From Pseudomonadota bacterium (GTDB lineage Bacteria; Pseudomonadota; Gammaproteobacteria; JAKAQQ01): a DNA stretch of 57,721 nt. Shown here piece after piece: positions 19,504 to 30,073 of this stretch. The translations under genes and the position numbers were made by a program. The stretch lies in NCBI GenBank assembly GCA_021798115.1, contig JAJZYM010000009.1, forward strand, positions 1 through 57,721, given 5' to 3'. Position 1 is the stretch's first letter. Every line of letters starts with the position of its first letter. A model generated the notes under the pieces. That model did not search any database, was not told where the DNA came from, and saw only the letters and a list, made by a program, of their open reading frames with translations.

Positions 19504-19905
19504 TCAGTGGCCTTGGCGGACCCTGTCGAGAAGCCGATCGAGCGGAGCGTTCGGCGTCCGCAGGGAGGGCCGCGGGCTCCGGGCCGCGTCCGGGCACGGT
19601 GGACCCAGACGGACGACGAGGCGCGGGGCCGAGGGGCCCGAGGAGCGGCGCAGAAGTCCGGCGGCGGCGAAGCGCACGGCCGCGGCGGTCGCCGGGTCGG
19701 TCACGTGCACGACCATCTTCGTCCCGCATCGGCAAGCCCAGAGGAGGCGGTCTCCCAGCCCGAGCTGTTGGCGGAGCTCAAGGGTGAGTCGGCGGGCGTC
19801 CGCCGTGGCCTTGAGCCAGCGCTCGCCGTCTCCGCCCGTGGCGAGCTCACCCTGGCGGAGGAGCGCGGCGCCGCCGGGCGGAGGGGACGGGGGGGGGGAG
19901 GTCAC
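19504..19905 (-). CDS. Probable DciA/DUF721-family helicase loader
   Basis: Canonical antisense position between lpxC and secA; VVHVTDPATAAAVRF...LL resembles the DUF721 core. Start uncertain. Confidence 0.55.
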   Translation of the reverse strand: MTSPPPSPPPGGAALLRQGELATGGDGERWLKATADARRLTLELRQQLGLGDRLLWACRCGTKMVVHVTDPATAAAVRFAAAGLLRRSSGPSAPRLVVRLGPPCPDAARSPRPSLRTPNAPLDRLLDRVRQGH

Positions 19906-20068
19906 GACGCACGTCCTCGAGGGGCTCTCCGTTCAGGCTAACACAGCCCCCCTCCTTCGAGGGAGACGGAACGGGCCCGTATAATAAAAACAATGACCTC
20001 GCCTGCCGGGGCCGGGATCGGCCCCGGATCGCTGCAGAGGGGCACCGCCTTCCTCGGCCCGCTCTCCC

Positions 20069-22765
20069 ATGTTCCGTCAGATTGCCCGCAAGGTCTTCGG
20101 CAGCCGTAACGAACGCACGCTCCGGCGTCTCGGTCGTCGCGTGGTCGAGATCAACGCGCTCGAGGAGCGGTTCCGGGCCCTCGACGATGAGTCGTTGCGG
20201 GCGACGACCCCCGCGCTGCGTGCGCGACGGGAGGCGGGTGAGGATCTCGAGGCGCTGCTTCCGGAGGCCTTCGCCGCGGTGCGCGAAGCGGGCCGCCGCC
20301 GCCTGGGGCTCCGCCACTTCGACGTTCAGCTCCTCGGAGGGATGGTCCTCCACGAGGGATGCATTGCCGAGATGGCCACCGGCGAGGGCAAGACCCTCGT
20401 CTCCACGCTCGCCGCCTATCTCAACGCGCTCGACGGCAAGGGCGTGCATATCGTGACAGTCAACGACTACCTCGCCCGGCGCGACGCGGCGTGGATGCAG
20501 CCGATCTACGAGGCGCTCGGTCTCGAGGTCGGGGTGATTTTCTCCCAGCAGGACCTCGCGAGCAAGCAGCGCGCCTATCGGGCGGACATCACCTACGGGA
20601 CGAACAACGAGTTCGGTTTCGACTATCTGCGCGACAACATGGCCTTCGTGCCCGAGGACCGTGTGCAGCGGGGGCTCCACTACGCCATCGTCGACGAGGT
20701 CGATTCGGTCCTCATCGACGAGGCCCGCACTCCGCTCATCATTTCCGGCCCGGTCGAGGAGGACGTCCGCCTTTACCAGTCGATCGACCGCATCGCCCGG
20801 CGCCTGACCCCGCAAAAGGAAGAGGGCGGTCCCGGCGACTTCGAGGTCGACGAGAAGGCGCGCCAGGTCCATCTCACCGAGGAAGGGCACGGACACGTCG
20901 AGCGCCTCATGACCGAGGCCGGGCTTCTGCCTGCCGGGGCGAGCCTCTACGATCTCCGTCACCTCCCGCTCCTCCACCATCTCAACGCCGCGCTCCGCGC
21001 CCACACGCTTTACCGGCGCGAAGTCGATTACATCGTTCGCCGCGGTGAGGTGATCATCGTCGACGAGTTCACCGGACGCACGATGGAAGGCCGCCGCTGG
21101 TCCGACGGTCTCCATCAGGCGATCGAGGCCAAGGAAGGCGTGCCCGTGCAGGCCGAGAACCAGACCCTGGCGACGATCACGTTCCAGAACTACTTCCGTC
21201 TCTACGGCAAACTCGCGGGCATGACCGGCACGGCCGACACCGAAGCCTACGAGTTCATGGACATCTACCGCCTCGAGGTGGTGGTCATCCCGACCAACCG
21301 CCCGATGATCCGGCGTGATCTTGGGGATCTCATCTACCTCGGCCGGGCGCGCAAGTTCGAGGCGGTCGTCGAGGATGTCGCCGAACGCCACCGCCGCGGT
21401 CAGCCGGTGCTCATCGGAACCACCTCGATCGAGACCTCCGAGCTTCTCTCCGCGCTTCTCAAGAAACGGGCCATCGTGCACGAGGTCTTGAATGCCAAGC
21501 AGCACGCGCGCGAGGCGCAGATCATCAGCCAGGCCGGTCGCCCGGGAGCGGTGACGATCGCCACCAACATGGCCGGACGGGGCACCGACATCGTGCTCGG
21601 CGGCAACCTCGAGGCCGAGCTCGCCGCGCTCGGCGACCGAGCCGGCGAAGCCCGCCTGCGTGCGGACTGGGATGAACGTCACCGCCGCGTCCTCGAGGCG
21701 GGGGGGCTCGCGGTCATCGGGACCGAACGGCACGAATCCCGACGGATCGACAATCAGCTCCGCGGCCGCTCCGGTCGCCAGGGCGACCCGGGCGAAACCC
21801 GTTTCTACGTTTCGCTCGAAGACGATCTCATGCGGATCTTCGCCGCCGATCGTGTGCGCGGTCTCATGGAACGCTTCGGGATGCACGAGGACGACGCACT
21901 CGAGCACGAATGGGTTTCTCGCGCGATCGAGAACGCCCAGCGCAAGGTCGAGGCCCACAACTACGATCTGCGCAAGCAGCTGCTCGATTACGACGATGTC
22001 GCCAACGAGCAGCGCAAGCTCATCTACGAGGAGCGCAACCGGCTTCTCGACAGCGACGATGTGGGCCCGATCGTCGCCGACATGCGCGCGGGAACGATCC
22101 GCCGCCTGCGCGAGCGCCACCTGCCCACGGGCACCGTCGAGTCACAGTGGGACGTGGCGGGTCTCGAGACGGCGCTCAAGCGGGATTTCGGTCTCGAGGT
22201 TCCGCTGGCACGCTGGCTCCGCGACGAGCCCGGTCTGGCCGAGACGGTGATCGAGGAGCGGATCGCGGCGGCGTTTGATGCCGCCGAGGCCCGTCTGGCC
22301 GCCGCCGCCGGCGCGGAGGAGCTCAGGACGCTGCGCAAGCAGGTGCTGCTCTACACGCTCGACACCCTGTGGAAGGAACATCTCGCCGCGATGGACTATC
22401 TCCGCCAGGGCATCCATCTTCGCGGGTACGCCCAGGAAGACCCCAAGCAGGCGTACAAGCGCGAGGCGTTTGCCATGTTCACCGCGCTCCTCGACCGCAT
22501 CCAGGAGGAGAGCGTGGCCACTCTCCTGCGCGTGGAGGTGGCGCCTGAGGCCCTCCCGGATCGCCGACGGCCCGAGAAGATGGTCTACGAGCACCCCTCG
22601 GGGGCGGGTTACGACCCCACCGGCGGGCCCGCAGCGGGGTCGCCCGCGGACGAAGGGACCCCGGTGCCCTACGTGCGCGAGAGTCGCAAGATCGGCCGCA
22701 ACGAGCCGTGCCCCTGCGGTTCCGGCCTCAAGTACAAGCAGTGCCACGGACGCCTCGACCGCTGA
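20069..22765 (+). CDS. secA: Preprotein translocase ATPase SecA
   Basis: [42 protein letters not shown] and C-terminal CPCGSG.KYKQCH. Confidence 0.99.
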   Translation: MFRQIARKVFGSRNERTLRRLGRRVVEINALEERFRALDDESLRATTPALRARREAGEDLEALLPEAFAAVREAGRRRLGLRHFDVQLLGGMVLHEGCIAEMATGEGKTLVSTLAAYLNALDGKGVHIVTVNDYLARRDAAWMQPIYEALGLEVGVIFSQQDLASKQRAYRADITYGTNNEFGFDYLRDNMAFVPEDRVQRGLHYAIVDEVDSVLIDEARTPLIISGPVEEDVRLYQSIDRIARRLTPQKEEGGPGDFEVDEKARQVHLTEEGHGHVERLMTEAGLLPAGASLYDLRHLPLLHHLNAALRAHTLYRREVDYIVRRGEVIIVDEFTGRTMEGRRWSDGLHQAIEAKEGVPVQAENQTLATITFQNYFRLYGKLAGMTGTADTEAYEFMDIYRLEVVVIPTNRPMIRRDLGDLIYLGRARKFEAVVEDVAERHRRGQPVLIGTTSIETSELLSALLKKRAIVHEVLNAKQHAREAQIISQAGRPGAVTIATNMAGRGTDIVLGGNLEAELAALGDRAGEARLRADWDERHRRVLEAGGLAVIGTERHESRRIDNQLRGRSGRQGDPGETRFYVSLEDDLMRIFAADRVRGLMERFGMHEDDALEHEWVSRAIENAQRKVEAHNYDLRKQLLDYDDVANEQRKLIYEERNRLLDSDDVGPIVADMRAGTIRRLRERHLPTGTVESQWDVAGLETALKRDFGLEVPLARWLRDEPGLAETVIEERIAAAFDAAEARLAAAAGAEELRTLRKQVLLYTLDTLWKEHLAAMDYLRQGIHLRGYAQEDPKQAYKREAFAMFTALLDRIQEESVATLLRVEVAPEALPDRRRPEKMVYEHPSGAGYDPTGGPAAGSPADEGTPVPYVRESRKIGRNEPCPCGSGLKYKQCHGRLDR

Positions 22766-23712
22766 AGGATAGACTCACCGTCGTGGCCGTGGTCCTCGAC
22801 GACGGCGACGGGCGGGTTCTCGTGCAGGAGCGTCCGTCCTCGAAACCCGCGGCCGGCTTCTGGGAGTTTCCCGGCGGCAAGGTGGACGGGGGAGAAACGC
22901 CCGAAGTCGCGCTCGAACGCGAACTCCGCGAGGAGCTCGGCGTCGACCTCGCCGAGGCCCCTCGGTGGGAGCCCGCTCTCCCGATTCGACCCGAGGGCGG
23001 GGCGCGCGGGAGCCGACTTCTCTGGGGAAGGGTGGGGCGCTGGAGCGGCGAGCCCGTGGCCCGCGAAGGGCAGACGTTCGCCTGGCTCAACCCCGTGGAA
23101 CTCCTCCGCATTCCGCTCCTTCCGGCCGATCTTCCCATCGTGGCCCGGCTCCTCCTTCCGCCGCGGCTTGCGATCACACCGCCCGCCGGGGGAATGCCCG
23201 AGCGGCTCGAGGAACGTCTCGAGGCCCTTCTCGACGAAGGGTTCGGAGGGGTCTTGGCCCGTTTCCCGGCCCTCGATCCCGAGATTCGCCAAACGCTCTC
23301 GGCGCGTCTGCGTGAGGTCTGCGCACGTCGCGGGGGGGTATGTCTCGTGCACGAACGGGAGGATCTCGCACGCCGGATCGGCGCCGAAGGGGTCCATCAT
23401 CCGGCGGCTTCCCTCTCGCGTCGCCGGCTCCCCTCGGGCGCCGGTCTTCTTCACGGCGTCTCGGTGCACGACCGGCCCGAACTCGAGAGGGCGTTGAGGC
23501 TGGGCGCCCACTATCTCTTGCTCGGTCCGGTCCGTCCGACGGCCTCCCATCCCGACCGCCCCCCCCTGGGGTGGGAAGCGTTCGCCGCCCTGACCGCGTT
23601 GGCTCCGGTGCCGGTCTACGCCCTGGGCGGGCTCGGCCGCGACGATCTCGAGCGCGCGCGCCTCGCCGGAGCGCACGGGATCGCGCTCCTGAGCGGTTGC
23701 GACTGGAGCTGA
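22762..23712 (+). CDS. MutT-like Nudix hydrolase fused to a thiamine-phosphate-synthase-like domain
   Basis: [22 protein letters not shown] followed by a ThiE-like barrel (SVH, LLGPV.PTASH, VYALGG). Start uncertain: CTG 22762 or GTG 22783. Confidence 0.88.
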   Translation: MKDRLTVVAVVLDDGDGRVLVQERPSSKPAAGFWEFPGGKVDGGETPEVALERELREELGVDLAEAPRWEPALPIRPEGGARGSRLLWGRVGRWSGEPVAREGQTFAWLNPVELLRIPLLPADLPIVARLLLPPRLAITPPAGGMPERLEERLEALLDEGFGGVLARFPALDPEIRQTLSARLREVCARRGGVCLVHEREDLARRIGAEGVHHPAASLSRRRLPSGAGLLHGVSVHDRPELERALRLGAHYLLLGPVRPTASHPDRPPLGWEAFAALTALAPVPVYALGGLGRDDLERARLAGAHGIALLSGCDWS

Positions 23713-23821
23713 GCGTTCGGGGGCTCAAGGCCGCCCCGCCTGTCTCCTGGGTGCGGGTGGGGACGGGCCCGGGAAGACCTGGCCCGATCCACAGACCAAC
23801 CCTCGGGGAGAGCCTCGCTCC

Positions 23822-24616
23822 TCAGAGCACGGCGAGCACGAGCCGGAAATCAATGGTCTCCGCGCAGGGATTGCCGCGCCGTTCCGCGTCCGGAAAGTCG
23901 CGGAAGCGAACCGTGAGGCGGTAGCGGCCGGCACTGATCTCCGGATAGAGGCGCCGTGCGAGAGGGAGGCTCAGACGCACGAGCTGGACCGGAGGATCCT
24001 GGCCCGTGAGTTCGCGTTCGTAATGCCCTCCTTCCGCCCGGCAGGACTCCGGGTTGGCGCTTGCGCGCACGAGGCGGAGGTAGGTGACGAGAGCGTCGCG
24101 CAGGGGCGCGAGCATCGTGATCCAGCGGTCGAGATCGCGTGTGCGCTCCTCTTCGTCGAGGGCGGTCCACAGACGGTAGGAGGGGATGTCCGCGCCGTTG
24201 ATGCCTCCCGGCGCCACGGCCCTCTGGCGGAGGGTGGCGAGGAGGTCGCTGGCGCGCAGGCGGTCGACGAACCGCCCCTCGACGGCAAAGAGACGGCGCC
24301 GACGTTCGCCGATCTCCTCGAGGGTGGAGGCAAGACGCGGTCCGTGGGCGTCGCGGCGCCCGTCGAAACGGCGCAAGAGGAGTTCGAGGCGCTCGAGTTC
24401 CTTGAGGACTTCGGTGCGGACGTCGCCGCGGCCGAGGAGCTCCCCGAGTTCGAGGAGGCTCTGGGCGGCGAGCGTGGCCTCGAGCGGACGGCCTCCCCGC
24501 TGACGGAGTTCGTGAAGCCGAAGAAGAAGGGCCTCGAGGCGGAGGAAGAGGCGCATCCTCTCGCCGAGGGGGTGCTCGAAGACGATTTCGTCCGAGGCGG
24601 GAGCGGGTGTGTTCAC
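23822..24616 (-). CDS. zapD: Cell division protein ZapD
   Basis: FEHPLGERMRLFLRLE, RGDVRTEVLKELER, LYPEISAGRYR; downstream of coaE. Confidence 0.92.
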   Translation of the reverse strand: MNTPAPASDEIVFEHPLGERMRLFLRLEALLLRLHELRQRGGRPLEATLAAQSLLELGELLGRGDVRTEVLKELERLELLLRRFDGRRDAHGPRLASTLEEIGERRRRLFAVEGRFVDRLRASDLLATLRQRAVAPGGINGADIPSYRLWTALDEEERTRDLDRWITMLAPLRDALVTYLRLVRASANPESCRAEGGHYERELTGQDPPVQLVRLSLPLARRLYPEISAGRYRLTVRFRDFPDAERRGNPCAETIDFRLVLAVL

Positions 24617-25221
24617 GGGCGGGCGAGCGTCCGGCGGTGTCGGGCCAGGAGGGCGGCGGCCGCGTGCGGGATCTCTTCCACGGGCCCCTCTCCGAAGAGG
24701 AGGTCGTCGGCGAGAGCGATCCGGCTCGCCCGGTCGGCCTGGCACGCGAGGGCACGCCGCGCCGTCGCCTCGTCGTACCCGTCGCGTCGCCGGAGTCGGG
24801 CGATCTGGACCGCCGGGGAGCAGTCGACGACGACGACGCGGGCCGCGGGCAAGGGGCGGGGGGCGAGCTCGGCGTACAGAGGGACGACGGCGAGGACGGG
24901 GGGCGGAAGCCGCGCCGCGCGCCGGAGGATTTCGGCGCGGGCCGCGGGGTGCAGCAGGTTCTCAAGACGCCGGCGGAGCGTCTCGTCGGCGAAAAGGGCG
25001 CGCCGCAGGGCGGCGCGGTCGACCCCCCCTCCGGGGGCGGGAAAGGTCGATCCGGCGAGGGCGGTGAAGGCGTTGTGGAGGGCGCCTCCGGGACGCGTGA
25101 GTTCCCGCACCACCTCGTCGGCTTCGATCACCGTGCCGCCCGCGGCGGCGTACGCCCGGGCCAAGGTGCTTTTCCCTGACGCGATCCCGCCCGTGAGGAC
25201 GATAAGCGGAACCTCCCTCAT
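24613..25221 (-). CDS. coaE: Dephospho-CoA kinase
   Basis: LTGGIASGKS, DRAALR, LE..LHP, VPL, Q..RL..RD. Confidence 0.93.
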   Translation of the reverse strand: MREVPLIVLTGGIASGKSTLARAYAAAGGTVIEADEVVRELTRPGGALHNAFTALAGSTFPAPGGGVDRAALRRALFADETLRRRLENLLHPAARAEILRRAARLPPPVLAVVPLYAELAPRPLPAARVVVVDCSPAVQIARLRRRDGYDEATARRALACQADRASRIALADDLLFGEGPVEEIPHAAAALLARHRRTLARP

Positions 25222-26054
25222 CCGTGCGGGAAGGCGAGGTGGAGCCAGCCTGAGGTGATGGCGTGACCCGCGAGGAGGCTCACGAGGCCCCCGGCGGCCA
25301 GGAAGGGCCCAAAGGGGATCGGGGTGTCGCTCCGCAGGCGCCGGGTCGCGATGAGGCCCAGGCCGACGATCGAGCCCAGGGCGGAGGCGACGAGGATGAC
25401 GAGCGGCAGCCGCGCGAGACCCAGCCACGCGCCGAGGAGGGCGTAGAGTTTGAAGTCGCCGTAGCCCATGCCCTCCTTGCCCGTCACGAGACGGAAAAGA
25501 TGGTAGAGGCTCCAGAGTGAGAGGTAGCCTACCGCGGCTCCGAGCACCGCCGAGCGGAGCGACGTCAGGACGCCGGGGATGTTGATGAGGAGCCCGAGCC
25601 AGAGCCCCGGAAGCGTGATTTCGTCCGGCAGTACCCGGTGATCGAGATCGATGACGGTGAGCGCAAGAAGAATCCAGTAAAGCAGCATGGCCGCCACCGC
25701 GCGAAGCGGGTTGTCTACGGCCACGGCGAGGAGACCGGCGCCGAGGGCGGCGGCGATCTCGACGAGCGGATAACGGATCGGGATGGAGGCCCCGCAGTGC
25801 CGGCAACGGCCGTGCAGGAGGATCCAGCTCAGGACGGGGACGTTGTCCCAGGGCGCGATGGCGTGCGCGCAGCGGGGGCAGTGTGATCCGGGCCGGGCGA
25901 GGTTGTACGGCCCGCTCGGGCGGGCCGCGTCCGCGTCCGGGGCGAGCTCGAGCATGCGCGGGAGACGGTGGGCGACGACGTTGAGAAAACTTCCGACGAT
26001 GAGCCCGACCAGGACCGCCGCGGGGAGGAACACCGTCGCGAAGGGCGGTGCCAT
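25218..26054 (-). CDS. pilD: Prepilin peptidase / N-methyltransferase
   Basis: GSFLNVV, CPRC...CRHC, RYPLVE, IDL, GMGYGDFKL, PFGPFLA. Confidence 0.96.
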   Translation of the reverse strand: MAPPFATVFLPAAVLVGLIVGSFLNVVAHRLPRMLELAPDADAARPSGPYNLARPGSHCPRCAHAIAPWDNVPVLSWILLHGRCRHCGASIPIRYPLVEIAAALGAGLLAVAVDNPLRAVAAMLLYWILLALTVIDLDHRVLPDEITLPGLWLGLLINIPGVLTSLRSAVLGAAVGYLSLWSLYHLFRLVTGKEGMGYGDFKLYALLGAWLGLARLPLVILVASALGSIVGLGLIATRRLRSDTPIPFGPFLAAGGLVSLLAGHAITSGWLHLAFPHG

Positions 26055-27310
26055 CAGCCGACCGCTTGTCCGAGCTGAAAGATCGGAAGATACATGGCGA
26101 TCACGATGGCGCCCACGATCGTGCCCAGGATCACGATGATCATCGGCTCGAGCAGCGTGCTCAGCGAGTCGACGGCGTTGTCGACCTCTTCTTCGTAGAT
26201 GACCGCGACACGGTTGGCCATGTCCTGGAGTTTGCCGGATTCTTCACCGATCTTGAGCATTTGGATGACGTCGATCGGGAACATGTCGGTCTGCTCGAGG
26301 GCGAGGTAGAGTTTTTGCCCGCCGGCGATCTGGTCCCGGGCGCGGAGGATCGCGTCGCGGTAGAGCCGGTTGCCGACCGCACCCGAGAGGGTGGTGAACC
26401 CCTCGACGAGAGGGATGCCGGAACCGAAGAGGGTGGCGAGCGTGCGGTTGAAGCGGGCGAGGATCGACTTGCGCAGGATCGCTCCGATGACGGGGATCCG
26501 GAGCACCGCGCCGTCGACGGCGTACTGCATCGACACCGAGCGTTTGTAGAGGGCGTAGATGCCGCTCCCGAGAAGCACGGCGGCCCCGAGGTAGATCGGC
26601 CCGTAGGTGCGGAGACTCTGCGAGATGTTGATCACCATCTGCGTATAGGCCGGAAGACTCTCGCCCGCCCCCTGGAAGAGTTTCTGGAAGACGGGGATGA
26701 CCTTGACCAGAAGCACGATGATGACGAGCACGGCCACGCAGATGACCGAGATCGGATAGATCATCGCCTTCTTGACCTTGCCCTTGATGTATTCGGTTTT
26801 TTCCTTGTAGGTGGCGATCTTGGCGAGAAGGGAACTCATTTGTCCGGAGACTTCGCCCGCCTGGACGAGATTGATGTAGAGGGGTTCGAAATACTTCGGG
26901 TGGGCGGCGAGCGCCTGGGAGAGCGCGGTCCCCGAGCGCACGTCGGTTTCGAGGTGGCTCACGAGCTCGCTCATGCGGGGGTTGGCGTTGCCGGCGGCGA
27001 TGATCGCGAGCGATGTATCGAGCGGCACGCCGGCATCGAGAAGGGTCGCGAGCTGGCGGGTGAAGCCGGCGATGTCGCGTCCCCGGATTCGGCGCCCTCC
27101 GCCGCGCTTCCTCTCGGCGCGGATCCGTTCGACGGTGATGCCCTGGCGGCGGAGGTCGGCCCGGACGTTGCTCTGCGTGGAGGCGGTGACGCGTCCGCGG
27201 ATCCGCCGCCCACGGGCATCACGCCCTCTCCAAAAAAACGTCTTCAGAGTCGGACCCTGCGCCTTCGCCACGGGGCGCGAAGTGCGGGTACGCGGGGAGG
27301 GTGTGGCCAT
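26054..27310 (-). CDS. pilC: Type IV pilus platform protein PilC
   Basis: FTRQLATLL.AGVP, GE.SG, KKAM.YP, IGEESG, LEP, AMYLPIF. Confidence 0.94.
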   Translation of the reverse strand: MATPSPRTRTSRPVAKAQGPTLKTFFWRGRDARGRRIRGRVTASTQSNVRADLRRQGITVERIRAERKRGGGRRIRGRDIAGFTRQLATLLDAGVPLDTSLAIIAAGNANPRMSELVSHLETDVRSGTALSQALAAHPKYFEPLYINLVQAGEVSGQMSSLLAKIATYKEKTEYIKGKVKKAMIYPISVICVAVLVIIVLLVKVIPVFQKLFQGAGESLPAYTQMVINISQSLRTYGPIYLGAAVLLGSGIYALYKRSVSMQYAVDGAVLRIPVIGAILRKSILARFNRTLATLFGSGIPLVEGFTTLSGAVGNRLYRDAILRARDQIAGGQKLYLALEQTDMFPIDVIQMLKIGEESGKLQDMANRVAVIYEEEVDNAVDSLSTLLEPMIIVILGTIVGAIVIAMYLPIFQLGQAVG

Positions 27311-27332
27311 GACCGGCGCTCCTCAGCAAGGC

Positions 27333-29036
27333 CTAGAAGGCGATGACACGGTTGATTTCCTCGATCGTGGTGATGCCGCGACGCACTTTCTCGAGACCGG
27401 CGCGGCGCAGGTCCCAGACCCCTTCTTTGTGCGCCTGGGCGGCGAGCTCGGGGGCGTTGGCGCCGTGGAGAATGAGGTGCACCATGGCTTCGCTGATGGG
27501 CAGGACCTGATAGAGGCCGACGCGCCCGGAGTAGCCGTCCTTGCAACGCGTGCAACCCTGGGCCCGGAAGATCGTCGCCCCGGTCAGCATCGCGTCCTCG
27601 AAACCCTCGGCCTTCAACACGTCGGGAGGCAGTTTGAGGGGCTCGCGGCAATGGGTGCACAGTCGGCGTGCGAGGCGCTGGGCGATGATGAGACGGAGGG
27701 CGGAGGCCAGCGAGTAGGGGGGGATGCCGAGATCGACGAGCCGGGTGATGGTCTGGGGGGCGTCGTTCGTGTGCAGTGTCGAGAGAACGAGGTGTCCGGT
27801 CTGGGCCGCTTTGACCGCGACCTCGGCGGTCTCGGGGTCGCGGATCTCGCCGACCAGGATGACGTCCGGGTCTTGGCGGAGGAAGGCGCGGAGCGCGTTG
27901 GCGAAGGTGAGCTGCACGGACGGGTTGACGTTCACCTGGTTCACGCCCGCGACCTCGATTTCGACCGGATCCTCGACGGTGCAGATGTTGTGGTGGCCGT
28001 CGTTGAGGTGGTTGATCGCCGCGTACATCGAGACGGTCTTGCCGCTTCCGGTCGGACCCGTGACGAGGACCATGCCCTGCGTGCGGGCGAGCGCTTTCAG
28101 GTAGAGGTCCTTCTGGAATTCCTCGTAGCCGAGGGAGTCGATGCCCATTTGCGCGACGGTCGGGTCGATCAGACGCAGGACGATCTTCTCTCCGTGGACG
28201 GTCGGGACGGTGTTGACGCGCATATCCACGTACCGGCCGCGTCCGAGCTTGTAGGTAAAGCTGCCGTCGGTCGGTTTGCGCCGGTCGCTCAGATCGCAGT
28301 GTCCCATGATCTTGATGCGTTGCGCCACCGATTCACGCAAGTCCAGTGAGAGGTTGCGGGATTGGTGAAGGACGCCGTCGACGCGCATGCGGACGCGGTA
28401 CTGCTTGGCGTAGGGCTCGATGTGAACGTCGGAGGCGCCACGGGCGACCGCATCGTTGAGGATGGTCGCCACGATCTTGACGACGAGATTCTCGTCGTCG
28501 ACGTGTTCTTTTTGACTGTCGCTCTCCTGGCCTTCGGCCGCGTTGTCCTCGGTGAGGTCGTCGGTGTCGAGGAGCTTCGCGTTGCGTTGCTCGAGAAAGC
28601 GCGTGAGGACCTCGTCCAGGGCCGAGAGCTCGGCGACCACGGTTTCCACGGTGAGTCCGGTTTGGAAACGGATGGCGTCAAGCGGCGTGGTGTCGGTGGG
28701 GTCGAAGGCGGCCAGAAAGAGACGGGAGCCACGCCGCATGAGCGGGATGACCCGGTGGCGTTCGAGGATGTCCGCGTCGACGCGGGGCAGCTCCTGGCTT
28801 TCGAGGTCGCACGCGCGGACGTCGATCAGCGGAAGACCCATCGTGGCGGCCGCCAGTTGCGCGACGACCTTCTCGCTGACGAGCTTCTGACGAACAGCGT
28901 GAACGAGCGGCGGGACGCCCTCGTGGACAGCGTCGCGAAACGCCTTTTGTGCGACCTCCGGCGTGAGCATGCCCTCGGCGATGAGATCGCGCAGGAGGCC
29001 GCTGACGGCGGGATTATGGCCGGCGGGGGTACTCAT
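27333..29036 (-). CDS. pilB: Type IV pilus extension ATPase PilB
   Basis: ASDVHIEP, TGPTGSGKT, TVEDPVE, RQDPDVILVGEIRD, STLHTN and tetra-Cys motif. Confidence 0.96.
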   Translation of the reverse strand: MSTPAGHNPAVSGLLRDLIAEGMLTPEVAQKAFRDAVHEGVPPLVHAVRQKLVSEKVVAQLAAATMGLPLIDVRACDLESQELPRVDADILERHRVIPLMRRGSRLFLAAFDPTDTTPLDAIRFQTGLTVETVVAELSALDEVLTRFLEQRNAKLLDTDDLTEDNAAEGQESDSQKEHVDDENLVVKIVATILNDAVARGASDVHIEPYAKQYRVRMRVDGVLHQSRNLSLDLRESVAQRIKIMGHCDLSDRRKPTDGSFTYKLGRGRYVDMRVNTVPTVHGEKIVLRLIDPTVAQMGIDSLGYEEFQKDLYLKALARTQGMVLVTGPTGSGKTVSMYAAINHLNDGHHNICTVEDPVEIEVAGVNQVNVNPSVQLTFANALRAFLRQDPDVILVGEIRDPETAEVAVKAAQTGHLVLSTLHTNDAPQTITRLVDLGIPPYSLASALRLIIAQRLARRLCTHCREPLKLPPDVLKAEGFEDAMLTGATIFRAQGCTRCKDGYSGRVGLYQVLPISEAMVHLILHGANAPELAAQAHKEGVWDLRRAGLEKVRRGITTIEEINRVIAF

Positions 29037-29131
29037 GGTCCGCCTCGATCCCTCTCTTCGTGGGGGCGCACGTGGTCCTTGCGGACCGGAACGGACGTCC
29101 CTCGGGCATCATACCACGCTCTCGAACGGTC

Positions 29132-30073
29132 TCAGGGACCGCCCGGACGCTCTCCGTCCGTCGGCGCGGGCGCCGGAACGGAACGATCTCCGCCGTTCGG
29201 CCGCGCGAGGGTCACGTAGAGGAGCGTCGTGATCTGTTCGGAGATCAGTCCGAGCATGAAGATGAGGATCGCGACGGTCCAGAGGACCGTCGTCATCGGG
29301 GTGATGATGTGGGCCGAGCTGAAGGTGTAGATGTAGTTGACGAGCCCCAGCAGGAAGAGCGCGATCGCCGGAGGGGTGAAGACCTTGAGCGGGGCATAGA
29401 GCGTGCCGATGCGGAGGATGATGAGGAGAAAGCGGCCGCCGTCGCGGAGCGGGCGGATGTGGCTCGCGCCGGGGCCCTGGCGGGGGCGGACGTCGACCTC
29501 GAGGTGCGCGACGGGCCGGCCCAGACGGAGGAAGGCCATCGTGATCGTGGTCGGCGAGGAGAAGCCGTTCGGGAGCAGCGGCAGGATCGAGAGCAGGATT
29601 TCACGGCGGGCCAGGCGGAAGCCGGAGGTGAGGTCGGCGATCGGCTGTCCGGAGGCCCACCCGGCGAGACGGTTGTAGACGAGATTGGCGAGGCGCCGCG
29701 GGCGGCTCGCGTGCGCTTCGGGTCGGCGTGCCCCGACGACGAGTTCGTAGCCTTCGCGGGTGAGCGCGAGAAGACGGGCGAGTTCGGCCGGATCGTGCTG
29801 GCCGTCGGCGTCGAGGATCGCGATCCAGGTGCCGCGCGCGGCACGGATCCCGCTTTTGATGGCTGCCCCGTTGCCGAGTGGAGCGGGATGACGCAGCACA
29901 CGGGCGCCGTGGCGGTGGGCTTCCTCGCCGGTTGCATCGCGCGAACCGTCGTCGACGACCAGGATCTCGGCGTCGGGATACAGGCGGCGGAGATCGGCGA
30001 CGAGGCCGCCCACCGTGGCGGCTTCGTCCCGGGCCGGGAGCACGACGCTCAGTTCGGGGGGGGGTTGACTCAC
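29132..30073 (-). CDS. GT2 glycosyltransferase, DPM1/GtrB-like polyprenyl-phosphate sugar synthase
   Basis: SVVLPARDE, VVDDGS.D, LDADGQH, DLTSGFR and two C-terminal TM helices; GTG start overlaps the upstream stop. Confidence 0.88.
   Translation of the reverse strand: MSQPPPELSVVLPARDEAATVGGLVADLRRLYPDAEILVVDDGSRDATGEEAHRHGARVLRHPAPLGNGAAIKSGIRAARGTWIAILDADGQHDPAELARLLALTREGYELVVGARRPEAHASRPRRLANLVYNRLAGWASGQPIADLTSGFRLARREILLSILPLLPNGFSSPTTITMAFLRLGRPVAHLEVDVRPRQGPGASHIRPLRDGGRFLLIILRIGTLYAPLKVFTPPAIALFLLGLVNYIYTFSSAHIITPMTTVLWTVAILIFMLGLISEQITTLLYVTLARPNGGDRSVPAPAPTDGERPGGP

Noticed and set aside
23713-23821. Expected yacG downstream of zapD
   Set aside because: No CPxC...FCS ORF; only a 109-bp spacer.
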